In this document: positions 19,062 through 29,313 of the stretch, piece after piece
How the letters are laid out: each line of letters opens with the position of its first letter
Position numbering within the stretch: the first letter of the stretch is position 1
NCBI GenBank assembly: GCA_009695465.1
Contig: SIAW01000001.1
Span: 7,092 to 71,091 of the forward strand
Direction of reading: 5' to 3'
Source: Pedosphaera sp.
Lineage (GTDB): Bacteria > Verrucomicrobiota > Verrucomicrobiia > Limisphaerales > UBA1100
Length of the DNA stretch: 64,000 nucleotides
Translations under genes and position numbers: made by a program
Notes under the pieces: model-generated
Seen by the model: only the letters and a program-made list of their open reading frames with translations
What the model was told of the DNA's origin: nothing
Databases searched by the model: none

Positions 19062-21152
19062 ATGGGGATGACAGCCACGATATACATTTTGCGGACGGCG
19101 TGTGTCGTCGCAGTTTGCCTTGCACAGATTTCCCGCGCAGCAGAATTGGACGTGTGCGTTTATGGCGGCACCTCCGGCGGCGTGGCAGCAGCGGTGCAAG
19201 CCCGGCGGATGGGCCGCACGGTCGTGCTGATCGAACCGACGAAGCGCTTGGGTGGATTGACCACTGGCGGACTCGGGCAGACGGACATCGGCAACAAGGC
19301 GGCCATCGGCGGCATCGCGCGCGAATTTTATCAGCGCATCCACGCGCATTATCAGAAGGGCACCGCGTGGAAGTGGCAGGCGCGCGAGACGTACCGCGAT
19401 GGGGGTCAGACGCAGACCGGCACGGGCGAAGACACGATGTGGACCTTCGAGCCGAGTGCGGCGTTGAAGGTGATGAACGACCTCGTGCGCGAAGCCGGCG
19501 TGGAGGTCGTGTACGGCGAGCGGCTCAATCGCAAGGATGGCGTGAAGAAAGACGGCGCGCGCATCGTGTCCATCGCGATGGAATCGGGCCGCGTGTTCGA
19601 GGCGAAGATGTTCATCGATGCCACGTACGAAGGCGACCTGCTGGCGGCGACGGGCGCCAGCTACACGGTCGGGCGCGAGGCGAATAGTCAGTACAACGAG
19701 ACGCTCAACGGCGTGCAGACGAAGAACGCGCGGCATCATCAGTTTGTCACGGGCGTGGATCCGCATGTGAAGAAGGGCGATGCGGCGAGCGGCCTGCTGC
19801 CGTTCATCGAATCTAAAAGTCCCGACGCGGACGGCGCGGGTGATCGGCGTGTGCAGGCGTACAATTTCCGCATGTGCCTCACCGATCATCCGGAGAATCG
19901 CATCCCGTTCGCCAAGCCCGATGGCTACGACGAGCAGTGGTACGAGCTGCTCTTCCGCAATTACGAGGCCGGCTACACGGGGATTCCGTGGAACAACGCC
20001 GCGATGCCCAATCGCAAGACTGACGTGAACAACAACCACGGTTTCTCCACCGACTTCATCGGGCAGAACTACGCCTACCCCGAGGCCAGCGACGCCGAGC
20101 GCGAGAAGATTGTCGCGCGCCATCGGTTCTATCAGATCGGGCTGATGTGGACGCTCGGCAACCATCCGCGCGTGCCGGTGGCCGTGCGCAAGGAGGTGTC
20201 GCGCTGGGGCAAATGCAAAGATGAGTTCGCCGACACGGATCATTGGCAGGAACAAATCTATGTGCGCGAGGCGCGGCGCATGGTCGGCGAGCAGGTGATG
20301 ACGCAGCACCATTGTCAGGGCCGTGTCGTGGCGGAAGATGCCGTGGGCATGGCCGCGTACACGATGGACTCGCACAACATCCAGCGCCATGTGGATGCCC
20401 GCGGCCACGTCCGCAACGAGGGCGACGTGCAGGTCGGCGGCTTCCCGCCGTATCCCATCAGTTATCGCTCGCTCGTGCCCAAGTCTGCGGAATGCCCCAA
20501 CCTGCTCGTGCCCGTTTGCCTTTCAGCCACGCACATCGCCTACGGTTCCATCCGCATGGAGCCGGTCTTCATGGTGCTGGGCCAGTCTGCGGCGACGGCG
20601 GCGCTGCATGCGATTGACGAGAAGGTCGCTGTGCAGAAGGTGGATTACACCAAGCTGCGCGCGCGGTTGCTGGCGGACAAACAGGCGCTCGAATGGAAAG
20701 GCCCGAAGGCCGGGCCGCCGCCGGTGAGGCTGGATGTGAAGCTCGACGGCATCGTGATGGATGAGGCCGATGCGAAAGGCGCGGGGGATTGGACCGGCTC
20801 CAATTCGCAGCCGTGGAAAGTGGGCGCGGGTTACGTGCACGATGGCAACAGTCGCAAAGGCGAGATGTCGCTCGCCTTCACGCCGCAGATCAAGGAGGCC
20901 GGTGAATACGAGATCATCCTGCTGTGGCCGCCATTTGCCAACCGCGCCACCAACGTGCCCGTGACGGTTGCGCTCGCGGGCGCTGCGCCGCGCACGGTGA
21001 AAGTGAATCAGCGCGACACACGCAGCGGCGGCGTGTTGTCGCTCGGCAAATATCCGCTCGCTGCTGGCATGCCGGTGACGGTCACGGTGTCCAACAAAGA
21101 CACCGACGCCCACGTGGTCTGCGACGCGGTGCAGTTCCGCAAAGCGAAGTAG
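19062..21152 (+). CDS. FAD-dependent oxidoreductase (FAD_oxidored family, often annotated as xanthan-lyase-like) with a C-terminal beta-sandwich
   Basis: 'DVCVYGGTSGGVAAAVQARRMGRTVVLIEP..LGGLTTGG' dinucleotide-binding motif follows a signal-like N-terminus. Alternative starts at 19059 (GTG) and 19068 (ATG). Confidence 0.85.
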   Translation: MGMTATIYILRTACVVAVCLAQISRAAELDVCVYGGTSGGVAAAVQARRMGRTVVLIEPTKRLGGLTTGGLGQTDIGNKAAIGGIAREFYQRIHAHYQKGTAWKWQARETYRDGGQTQTGTGEDTMWTFEPSAALKVMNDLVREAGVEVVYGERLNRKDGVKKDGARIVSIAMESGRVFEAKMFIDATYEGDLLAATGASYTVGREANSQYNETLNGVQTKNARHHQFVTGVDPHVKKGDAASGLLPFIESKSPDADGAGDRRVQAYNFRMCLTDHPENRIPFAKPDGYDEQWYELLFRNYEAGYTGIPWNNAAMPNRKTDVNNNHGFSTDFIGQNYAYPEASDAEREKIVARHRFYQIGLMWTLGNHPRVPVAVRKEVSRWGKCKDEFADTDHWQEQIYVREARRMVGEQVMTQHHCQGRVVAEDAVGMAAYTMDSHNIQRHVDARGHVRNEGDVQVGGFPPYPISYRSLVPKSAECPNLLVPVCLSATHIAYGSIRMEPVFMVLGQSAATAALHAIDEKVAVQKVDYTKLRARLLADKQALEWKGPKAGPPPVRLDVKLDGIVMDEADAKGAGDWTGSNSQPWKVGAGYVHDGNSRKGEMSLAFTPQIKEAGEYEIILLWPPFANRATNVPVTVALAGAAPRTVKVNQRDTRSGGVLSLGKYPLAAGMPVTVTVSNKDTDAHVVCDAVQFRKAK

Positions 21153-21160
21153 GCGTGGCT

Positions 21161-22501
21161 TCAGTCTGCCTTGCGACAGAGCAGCGGTTTCAGCAACAGC
21201 AGCAGCACGATGGTGACGGCGGAGGCGAGTGCGGCGGCTCGATTTTCGCGCACGGAAGAAATCACCATCCACAACGAGAGCGCGCCGAAGAGCAGCGGCG
21301 GCAGCGGATAGAGCGGCACGCGGAATGGTCGCACGCGGCTGGGATCGCGTCGGCGCAGGATGATGACACCCAATACTGCTGCGCCCATCACCACCGTCAG
21401 CGGCATGCCGATGTACTGCAGGAGCGTGTCGGCGTTGCGGAAATCCCGCGCCACCGCGATGAACAACAGCGTCACTGCGCCCTGCACCAGCAACGCGCGG
21501 GCTGGGACAGCGCGCGTGTTGAGCTGCGTCAAACCCGCCGGCAGTTGCCCGGCCTGCGACATAGCCAAGAGCACGCGCGCGCCCACCATGGTCACCGTGC
21601 TGATGGTGGAGAGCAGCACGACGAGAATCATCACGTTGAACCACGTGCTGACATCGCCCGTGAAGAGTCGCTGCGCCGCGCGCAGGCCCACGTCGTAGAT
21701 GCCCGTCTGGACGCCCTCGACGGTGCGCGACATCTCCTGCGGAGCCAGCGCGCGCAGGTACACAAAATTGATCAGCAGATACGTGGCCGTCACGATGAGC
21801 GTGCCCGCCAGCAACGACAGCGGCACATTGCGTTCGGGCCGGCGCACCTCGCTGCTGATGAACGTCGTGGTCTCCCAGCCCATGTAGGCAAAACTGGCGG
21901 AGACCATCGCTGCCGCAAAGGTCGATGAGAACACGCCCGGCCAGCCCGCTGCGGGCGCAACAATCGGCGCGGCTGCAGGCGTCGCACACAGTCCCGCGAT
22001 GATGAAGGCCACGAGCACGCCAAGCTTGAAGATCGTGAAGGTGTTATTCACCCGCGTGCCCCACGCGAGGCCCATGCAGTGGATGAGGCTGAATGTGGCT
22101 ATCGCCACCGCTGCTGTCGCCGCCGGCGGAATCTCCGGCGCGAACACCGCGACGTGATGCCCGAGCAACAGCGCGATGAATGCCAGTGCTCCCACGAATG
22201 CCAGCAGCATGCTCAACACGCCGCTGAGATAGCCCGCCGTGCGCCCGTAGATTTCGCGGTTGAAAACGTAACACCCACCGGCTTGCGGCATCATGCCGGC
22301 CAGTTCACCCAGTGAGAGCGCGCCCGCCAACGCCAGTCCGCCGCAGAAAAACCACACCAGCAACACATCGGTGCCGCTGCCGAGCTTGTAGGCAAAACCG
22401 CCCGTGGCCCCGAACACGCCCGCGCCAATCATGGAGGCGATGACCGTGGCCGTCGCGGAACCAAAGCCGATCTGGCGCGGGGTTGGTGGAATGCTGCTCA
22501 C
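21161..22501 (-). CDS. APC-superfamily amino acid/polyamine permease
   Basis: About 12 TM helices. 'SMIGAGVFGATGGFA' and 'GELAGMMPQAGGCYVF' motifs typical of APC transporters. Confidence 0.88.
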   Translation of the reverse strand: MSSIPPTPRQIGFGSATATVIASMIGAGVFGATGGFAYKLGSGTDVLLVWFFCGGLALAGALSLGELAGMMPQAGGCYVFNREIYGRTAGYLSGVLSMLLAFVGALAFIALLLGHHVAVFAPEIPPAATAAVAIATFSLIHCMGLAWGTRVNNTFTIFKLGVLVAFIIAGLCATPAAAPIVAPAAGWPGVFSSTFAAAMVSASFAYMGWETTTFISSEVRRPERNVPLSLLAGTLIVTATYLLINFVYLRALAPQEMSRTVEGVQTGIYDVGLRAAQRLFTGDVSTWFNVMILVVLLSTISTVTMVGARVLLAMSQAGQLPAGLTQLNTRAVPARALLVQGAVTLLFIAVARDFRNADTLLQYIGMPLTVVMGAAVLGVIILRRRDPSRVRPFRVPLYPLPPLLFGALSLWMVISSVRENRAAALASAVTIVLLLLLKPLLCRKAD

Positions 22502-22613
22502 AGTTGGAATGCGTGCGGCCCATTAAAGGCAGTGCTTATCGAGCAGGCAATCCAATTGCCCGCGCGGCCCGCGCATTTATTGGTTCGCCCGCGCGGCGGC
22601 ATTAGCCTATCCT

Positions 22614-24776
22614 GTGCCGGCGATGAACCTGTGGGCCAACCGGTTTTTTCTGGCGCTGATGCGTTGTGTCTTGCGGGTGCTCTTCCGTTGGAGCTCGTTC
22701 AACGCGCAGGCCACGCGCGCGCCTGGGCCGCTCTTGCTGGTGCCCAACCATCTGTCATGGATTGATTGGCTGTTCGTCGGGTTGTGTCTGGAACCGGACT
22801 GGAAATTTGTCGCCGCCAGCGTGAACACGCGCGTGAGCCGACTGCACGCGTGGATCCTTTCCAACCCGCGCCTCATTCTCATCGACAACGAATCGCCCTA
22901 CGCGGCCAAGCACATGGCCGAGCATCTGGAGGCGGGCGGCAAGCTCGTCCTCTTCGCTGAGGGGCGCATGTCGCGCACGGGCACATTGCAGAGGCTCTTT
23001 GAGGGCACCGGATTTCTGCTGCACAAAACCCAGGCCAAAGTGATCTTTTGTCACCTGCGCGGCGCGCAGCGCGTGCATAAATCACCGCACCCGGGTTGGA
23101 CGCAGTGGTTCCCCAAAGTCACGACGCACTTCAGCGAACCCATCGCGCCGCCGCAATTTCCCGATGCGGACTCTGGCGAAGCCCGCAGGCGACTGACCCA
23201 GTGGGTGCGCGACCAAATGGTGCGTCAACAATTCGATGTGGCGATGGAGCAAGGCCCGACCACGGTGCTGACAGCCGTGGCCGAAATTGCCCGGCACATT
23301 CCCCATCACGTCGTGCTGGACGACGCCGCCGGGCAAGCGTTGAGCTACCGTCGGCTGCTCATCGGCACCGACTTGCTTGCCGCGCACTGGAGGGATTTGC
23401 CTGGCGAGAGCGGTGAGAGCGGCGCGCGCGTGGGCGTGTTGCTGCCCAATGTCACCGGCCACGTCGTGACGCTGTGCAGTCTGTGGGCCGCTGGCAAAGT
23501 GCCCGCGCTTCTGAATTATTCCGCAGGCCCGGCGACCATGGTGCGATGCGCCAAGCTCGCGCAGTTGCGGCACATCATCACCTCGCGTGCGTTCATCGAG
23601 AAGGCGCGATTGGATGTCGCGCCCTTGCAACAGGCCGGGCTGGAGTTGGTGTATTTAGAGGATGTGCGGGCCAAGATTTCCGGCGCCGCCAAATTGGCGT
23701 GTGCGTTGAATCATCGCTTCAGTCCGTGGGCGGGGCAGTATTCGCCGTTCGCCGACACGGCGGTGGTGCTTTTCACCAGTGGCTCCGAAGGACATCCCAA
23801 GGCGGTGGAACTGACGCATCGCAATCTCTTGGCCAACGTCCGCCAATGCGCGGCGGTGATTGATTTGCAGGACACCGATCGGGTGTTCAACTGCCTGCCG
23901 CTCTTCCATTCCTTCGGGCTGACGGTGGGCTTGCTGCTGCCGTTGGTGCGCGGCATGTTCGTCTATCTGTTCCCGTCGCCGCTGTTGTACCGCGTGATTC
24001 CCGCCACGTTCTACGAGCGCGACTGCACGGTGATGCTGGGCACGAACACCTTCATCAACGGCTACGCGCGCGCGGCGCAGGCGGCGGATTTCGCCAAGCT
24101 GCGCTACCTCATCTGCGGCGCGGAAAAAGTGCAGGAGGCCACGCGCGAGCAATGGGCGCGCGACTTCGGCGTGCGCCTCTACGAAGGCTACGGCGCCACC
24201 GAGACCAGTCCCGTGGCGAGCGTCAACACGGTGTTTGAATCCCGCAAAGGCGCGGTGGGCCGGCTTTTCCCCGCGATGGATTACAAGATCGAACCGGTGG
24301 ACGGCGTGGCGGAGGGCGGGCGGCTTTTTCTGCGCGGGCCTAACATCATGAAGGGCTATCTCAACGGCGACGCCAACGCCGCGTTCCAAGCGCACGGCGG
24401 TTGGTACGACACGGGCGACATCGTGCGCGTGGATGAAGATCGCTACATCTACATCCAAGGCCGCGCGAAACGTTTCGCAAAGATCGGCGGCGAGATGGTC
24501 AGCCTGACCGCCGTGGAAGATGCGTTGGCGGGCGCGTTCCCGCAGCATGGCGAAGCGTTTCAAGTGGCCGTCATTGCTCGTGCCGATGCGGAAAAGGGCG
24601 AGGCGCTGATCGCCGTCACCAACGCTGCCAAGCTCGATGTGGATGAACTGCGCCGCGTGCTGCAAACCAAGGGGCTGCCCAACTACGCCATCCCGCGCGA
24701 GATTCGTGTGGTGGATGAGATGCCCATGCTCGGTTCCGGCAAGGTGGATTATCGCAAGCTCGCCGAGACGGCGTGA
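22614..24776 (+). CDS. Bifunctional Aas-like protein: PlsC-type acyltransferase fused to an AMP-dependent acyl-ACP/acyl-CoA synthetase
   Basis: 'VPNHLSWIDW' (HX4D-type acyltransferase motif) at the N-terminus. 'LFTSGSEGHPKAV' AMP-binding motif and 'YDTGDI' in the C-terminal half. GTG at 22614; alternative ATG at 22623. Confidence 0.85.
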   Translation: MPAMNLWANRFFLALMRCVLRVLFRWSSFNAQATRAPGPLLLVPNHLSWIDWLFVGLCLEPDWKFVAASVNTRVSRLHAWILSNPRLILIDNESPYAAKHMAEHLEAGGKLVLFAEGRMSRTGTLQRLFEGTGFLLHKTQAKVIFCHLRGAQRVHKSPHPGWTQWFPKVTTHFSEPIAPPQFPDADSGEARRRLTQWVRDQMVRQQFDVAMEQGPTTVLTAVAEIARHIPHHVVLDDAAGQALSYRRLLIGTDLLAAHWRDLPGESGESGARVGVLLPNVTGHVVTLCSLWAAGKVPALLNYSAGPATMVRCAKLAQLRHIITSRAFIEKARLDVAPLQQAGLELVYLEDVRAKISGAAKLACALNHRFSPWAGQYSPFADTAVVLFTSGSEGHPKAVELTHRNLLANVRQCAAVIDLQDTDRVFNCLPLFHSFGLTVGLLLPLVRGMFVYLFPSPLLYRVIPATFYERDCTVMLGTNTFINGYARAAQAADFAKLRYLICGAEKVQEATREQWARDFGVRLYEGYGATETSPVASVNTVFESRKGAVGRLFPAMDYKIEPVDGVAEGGRLFLRGPNIMKGYLNGDANAAFQAHGGWYDTGDIVRVDEDRYIYIQGRAKRFAKIGGEMVSLTAVEDALAGAFPQHGEAFQVAVIARADAEKGEALIAVTNAAKLDVDELRRVLQTKGLPNYAIPREIRVVDEMPMLGSGKVDYRKLAETA

Positions 24777-24791
24777 TGCAGCAGCGGGGCG

Positions 24792-26612
24792 CTAACTCGA
24801 CTCCAACTTCTCAAAGCTCTCTTCGATGAAGGAAGTATTTTGGATGCGCGCGAGCTTGGCGTACAGCCCGCCGGTCTCCAGCAATTCCTCGTGCGTGCCG
24901 CGCTCCACAATCTGCCCGTGGTGCAGCACAAGAATCTGGTCGGCCTTGCGAATCGTGGAGAGCCGGTGCGCGATGACAAACGCGGTGCGCCCGGTCATCA
25001 ACCGTTCCAGCGCTTCTTGGATGAGCCGTTCGGTGCCGGTGTCCACACTGGCCGTGGCCTCGTCGAGGATCAGGATGGGAGCGTTGCGCAGCAGGGCGCG
25101 CGCGATGCTGACGCGTTGCTTTTCGCCGACGCTCAATTTGACACCGCGCTCGCCGACACGGCTGTCGTAGGTTTCGGGCAACCGCATGATGAACTCGTGG
25201 CAGTTGGCCGCGCGACAAGCCTGCATCATCTCCGCCTCGGTGGCGTCGAGGCGGCCGTACAAAATGTTTTCGCGCAGCGTGCCGTTGAACAGAAACGGCT
25301 CCTGACTGACGACCGCGATGGCGCCGCGCAGCGAGGCCAGCGACATCGTGCGCGTGTCACAGCCGTCAATCGTGATCCGCCCCTCGCTGGCTTCGTACAA
25401 CGCCGGCAGCAGATTGAGCAGCGTGGACTTGCCCGCGCCGGTGGGCCCCACCAACGCGATCGTCTCGCCGGGACGCGCGTGCAGCGTGATGTCCTGCAGG
25501 ACGCGCCGGCCCGATTCATACGCAAAAGACACGCGCTCGTAGTGCACTTCGCCCCGTAGCGGCGACGGCAGAATTTCGGTGCGGCCGCTCTCGCGTTCGG
25601 GATCGTGGTCGAGGATGTCAAAGACGCGTTCGCCCGCCGCGCGCGCCGCTTGCAAAATCTGGTTGAGCGAATGCAGGCGGGCCAACGGCTCGTAAAACAG
25701 CGCGAGATAAAACAGGAAGCCGACCAGCTCGCCGATGGTCATTGTGCCGGCCAGCACGTGCCGACCACCCACCCACAGCACCAACACCGAACCCAGTGCG
25801 GCAATGAGGCTCATGGCCGGATTGTAATTCGCCCACGCGCGCATGATGCCCAGTGTGCCTTGCCGCAACTCCTCGGCATGCGCGGCGAATCGCGCGTCCT
25901 CATGCGGCTGCCGTGCGAATGCTTTGATCTGCCGGATGCCTTGCAGGCAGTCCATCAAGTGCGCGTTGAGCGCGCTGGCGGCTTCGCGCTGGCGGCGATA
26001 ACGGCGGTGCGCCGTGAGGGTGTACCACAACGCGCCCCCCGCCAGCAGTGGCAGCGGCGCGATGGCCACGGCGGCCAAGATCGGGTTGGAATAAAACAAG
26101 ATGAAGGTGACGCCCACGATTCCCAGCACGGCCACCACGCCTTGCTCGGCGCCGTCAATCAAGACGCGCTCGACACTGTTGACGTCTTCGGTCACGCGCG
26201 TCATGAGATCGCCCGAGGCGCGCTGATCAAAATAACTGGCGGGCAACCGCTGCAGGCGCGCGAAGAGATCGCGGCGCATGTCGAAGATGACGTGCTGTTC
26301 CAGATGGTTGTTGAGCCGGATGCGCAGGCTGTTGAAGAGATCGCGCAGCACGAACGCCACAGCCAACGCCAGCGCGGCTTTGCCCAGCCATTCCACGCGC
26401 TGCCCCTTGACGATCTCATCAATGATCATCTGTGTGAGCTTCGGGAAAGCGAAGGACGCCGCGAGCGAGAGCACCGCGCAACCCACCGTGGCCAGCGCCA
26501 GCCACGGGTACGGGCGCAGATAAATCCACACGCGCTGGACAATCTCCAGCGTGGAACGTTTGCGCGCGGTGAACGTGGGATCGGCTGCTGCGGTGTGTCC
26601 GTGATGCGACAT
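24792..26612 (-). CDS. ABC exporter, fused permease/ATPase (MsbA/multidrug type)
   Basis: Six-TM domain followed by Walker A 'GPTGAGKST', signature 'LSVGEKQR' and Walker B 'ILILDEATS'. Confidence 0.92.
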   Translation of the reverse strand: MSHHGHTAAADPTFTARKRSTLEIVQRVWIYLRPYPWLALATVGCAVLSLAASFAFPKLTQMIIDEIVKGQRVEWLGKAALALAVAFVLRDLFNSLRIRLNNHLEQHVIFDMRRDLFARLQRLPASYFDQRASGDLMTRVTEDVNSVERVLIDGAEQGVVAVLGIVGVTFILFYSNPILAAVAIAPLPLLAGGALWYTLTAHRRYRRQREAASALNAHLMDCLQGIRQIKAFARQPHEDARFAAHAEELRQGTLGIMRAWANYNPAMSLIAALGSVLVLWVGGRHVLAGTMTIGELVGFLFYLALFYEPLARLHSLNQILQAARAAGERVFDILDHDPERESGRTEILPSPLRGEVHYERVSFAYESGRRVLQDITLHARPGETIALVGPTGAGKSTLLNLLPALYEASEGRITIDGCDTRTMSLASLRGAIAVVSQEPFLFNGTLRENILYGRLDATEAEMMQACRAANCHEFIMRLPETYDSRVGERGVKLSVGEKQRVSIARALLRNAPILILDEATASVDTGTERLIQEALERLMTGRTAFVIAHRLSTIRKADQILVLHHGQIVERGTHEELLETGGLYAKLARIQNTSFIEESFEKLESS

Positions 26613-26734
26613 GAAAAGCGAGCGAGCTTAACGGCGCGGACGCGGGCTGTCCAATTCCCAAAATCACGGCCCACAACGCGCGCCGGCGACAAAGGCTTTG
26701 CGGGCGCTGCGCTGCGCGTTACCGTGGCGGCGCG

Positions 26735-28744
26735 ATGGCGCGTGATTATGTGCTCCAGTCTGTGCGGCCCGCCGTGGATCTGCGCATTGACTACGCGGCG
26801 GAACTGAACCCCGCGCAGCTTGCGGCCGTCACGGCGCCGCCCGGTCCGGCGTTGGTGATTGCGGGCGCTGGCTCCGGCAAGACGCGCACGTTGACCTATC
26901 GCGTGGCGTACTTGCTGGAACAGGGCGTCGCGGCCGATCGCATCTTGCTACTCACCTTCACCAACAAGGCCGCCGGCGAAATGATGCGTCGTGTTGCCGA
27001 GTTGTTGGGGCACGACACCGGAGCACTGTGGGGAGGCACGTTCCATTCGATCGGGTGCCGAACTTTGCGGCAGCACGCGTCGGTGCTGGGTCTGCCATCG
27101 GGGTTCACCATCCAAGATCGGGATGACGCCAAGGAATTGATCAAGGCCTGCGTGGCCGATGCGGGCGTGGACACGAAGGCGGGCAAGTTTCCCAAGCCGG
27201 AGGTACTGGGAGAGATCTTTTCTTTGGCAGCCAACAAATGCGTGCCGGTGCGCGAGGTGATTGACACCCAATACCCGTGGCTCTTGGAACTGGCCGATAC
27301 CGTGGCGGCCATCCAAGAGCGGTACACCGCGCGCAAGCGCACCAACGGCATGACGGATTTCGACGATCTCCTCGTGCTGTGGCTGCGGTTGCTGCGCGAA
27401 CAGGAGGACGTCTGCGAGCTGTACCAGCGGCGGTTCCAGTTCGTGCTCGTGGACGAATATCAGGACACGAACCCGCTGCAGGCGCAGATCATTGACCTGT
27501 TGGGCGCGCGGCATCGCAACGTGATGGTGGTGGGCGATGATTCGCAGAGCATCTACTCGTGGCGCGGCGCGGACTTCCGGAACATCCTCGACTTCGGGCG
27601 GCGTTATCCGGGCGCGCAGATTTACAAGGTCGAGACCAACTACCGCAGCACGCCGGAGATTCTCGCGCTGGCCAACGCGGCAATCGCCGCCAACACGCAG
27701 CAGTTGCCCAAGGCGCTGATCCCCGCACGCGGCTCGGGTGATAAACCGGTGCTGGTGACTTGCGCCGCCGCTGATGAACAGTCGGCCTTCGTGGCGCAGC
27801 GCGCGCTGGAGTTGCGGGAGGAGGGCGTGCCACTGCGCGAGATGGCGGTACTGTACCGCTCGCATTTCCACGCGCTGGAACTGCAACTGGAACTGACGCG
27901 GCGCAACATTCCCTTCAGCATCACCAGCGGCATCCGTTTTTTTGAGCAGGCGCATGTGAAGGACGTGACGGCGTACCTGCGTTGGGTGGGCAACCCGCGC
28001 GATGAACTGGCGTTCAAGCGGCTGGCGTTGATGCTCCCGGGCATTGGCCCCAAAGGCGCGCACGCATTATGGGGCGCGATGGTAAGCAGCGCAGTTGCGG
28101 GACAGTCGCTGGAGGCAGCGTTGATGCGGTGTGCTAGAATTCCCAAACGAGCGCAGGCGGCATGGGCGCAATTGGCCGCGACGATTTCCCAACTGGAAGC
28201 CGAGCCGGTGCGGCACGACGCGGGGCAGATGATCCAGATCATCATCGAGGCGGGCTACGAGGAGTATGTCGCCGCGAATTACGATCGCCCGCAGATGCGG
28301 CTGGATGATCTGGAACAACTGGCGGTGTTCGCGCGCAAGTACGATAGCTTGGAGCTGTTCCTCGCGGAGCTGGCGCTGCTGACGAATATCGAGACGGAGG
28401 AAGCGCGGCCCGCCAACGATGAAGATGATCGGCTGCGGCTCTCCACGATCCATCAAGCCAAGGGACTGGAGTTCAAGGTGGTGTTTGTCATCATGCTGTG
28501 TGACGGACTTTTTCCATCGAGCCGCTCGCTCAACTCGGTCGAGGGCGAGGAAGAGGAGCGCCGGCTTTTTTATGTCGCCGTCACGCGCGCGAAAGATTGG
28601 CTGCACCTGAGCTATCCGCTGATGCGAACGGTGGCTGCAGCCTCGGCTGGAGACGCGATGCAAACGCCCTCGCGGTTCCTGCGCGAATTGCCCGAGGAAC
28701 TGCTCGACCAATGGGCACTGCGCTCTTCGCTGCCTTACGGTTGA
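26735..28744 (+). CDS. UvrD/PcrA/Rep-family ATP-dependent DNA helicase
   Basis: 'AGAGSGKTRTLTYR' motif I, 'VDEYQDTN' motif II, 'TIHQAKGLEF' and 'LFYVAVTRAK'. Confidence 0.93.
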   Translation: MARDYVLQSVRPAVDLRIDYAAELNPAQLAAVTAPPGPALVIAGAGSGKTRTLTYRVAYLLEQGVAADRILLLTFTNKAAGEMMRRVAELLGHDTGALWGGTFHSIGCRTLRQHASVLGLPSGFTIQDRDDAKELIKACVADAGVDTKAGKFPKPEVLGEIFSLAANKCVPVREVIDTQYPWLLELADTVAAIQERYTARKRTNGMTDFDDLLVLWLRLLREQEDVCELYQRRFQFVLVDEYQDTNPLQAQIIDLLGARHRNVMVVGDDSQSIYSWRGADFRNILDFGRRYPGAQIYKVETNYRSTPEILALANAAIAANTQQLPKALIPARGSGDKPVLVTCAAADEQSAFVAQRALELREEGVPLREMAVLYRSHFHALELQLELTRRNIPFSITSGIRFFEQAHVKDVTAYLRWVGNPRDELAFKRLALMLPGIGPKGAHALWGAMVSSAVAGQSLEAALMRCARIPKRAQAAWAQLAATISQLEAEPVRHDAGQMIQIIIEAGYEEYVAANYDRPQMRLDDLEQLAVFARKYDSLELFLAELALLTNIETEEARPANDEDDRLRLSTIHQAKGLEFKVVFVIMLCDGLFPSSRSLNSVEGEEEERRLFYVAVTRAKDWLHLSYPLMRTVAAASAGDAMQTPSRFLRELPEELLDQWALRSSLPYG

Positions 28745-29313
28745 GGCGGGCCGCTCTTGTCGCCCTTGGGATTGGGAATGGGATTGGCGAAAGGCCCGAT
28801 GGTCTGCACGCGAAACGCGACTCCCAATTCCACGATGAATTGGTGGAACGATGTCGGTTCCGTTCCCGAGATGTGCGTGATGCGGAAGACATCGGGCGCG
28901 TTGTCTCCAGTGATGTCCTCAGCCGTGGCGTTCTGGAAACGGTGCCCGCGCGCGGCGAAAAGGCGCGCGCCATCCTTGAGGACTTCCATGGAAGCGGGCA
29001 CGGCGGGCTTGGCCTCCAAGTTGCCATCGTACACGCGCAGCACATAGCCGACGGGGGCTTTCAATTCCTTCGCCAGTGCGCCGGACGGCACAAACTTTTC
29101 CAACTGCGCCGCCTGTGTGGAGAAAATGCCGCGAGCAAAAGGCCGCGCTGGTGATTTCGCATCCACGGCATTGGTCACCCACGCGGGAATGGGCGGCACG
29201 GCTTTGGGCGCGATTGCAGGCGCAGGCGCGGGCACTTTGGGAGGTTCAGCAAATGCCAGCGACAACAGCAGCAGGCAAACAAGGGAGGCAAGGATGGCAA
29301 GGCGAGGTGTCAT
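28735..29313 (-). CDS. Secreted hypothetical protein
   Basis: Signal peptide MTPRLAILASLVCLLLLSLAFA. The ATG at 29313 overlaps the apbE stop (ATGA). I recognise no family. Confidence 0.65.
   Translation of the reverse strand: MTPRLAILASLVCLLLLSLAFAEPPKVPAPAPAIAPKAVPPIPAWVTNAVDAKSPARPFARGIFSTQAAQLEKFVPSGALAKELKAPVGYVLRVYDGNLEAKPAVPASMEVLKDGARLFAARGHRFQNATAEDITGDNAPDVFRITHISGTEPTSFHQFIVELGVAFRVQTIGPFANPIPNPKGDKSGPPQP

Noticed and set aside
18735-21989. 557-aa and 488-aa minus-strand ORFs (18735..20408 and 20523..21989) antisense to the FAD-oxidoreductase and permease region
   Set aside because: They overlap strongly supported genes on the other strand or frame and have an Arg/His/Gly-rich composition.
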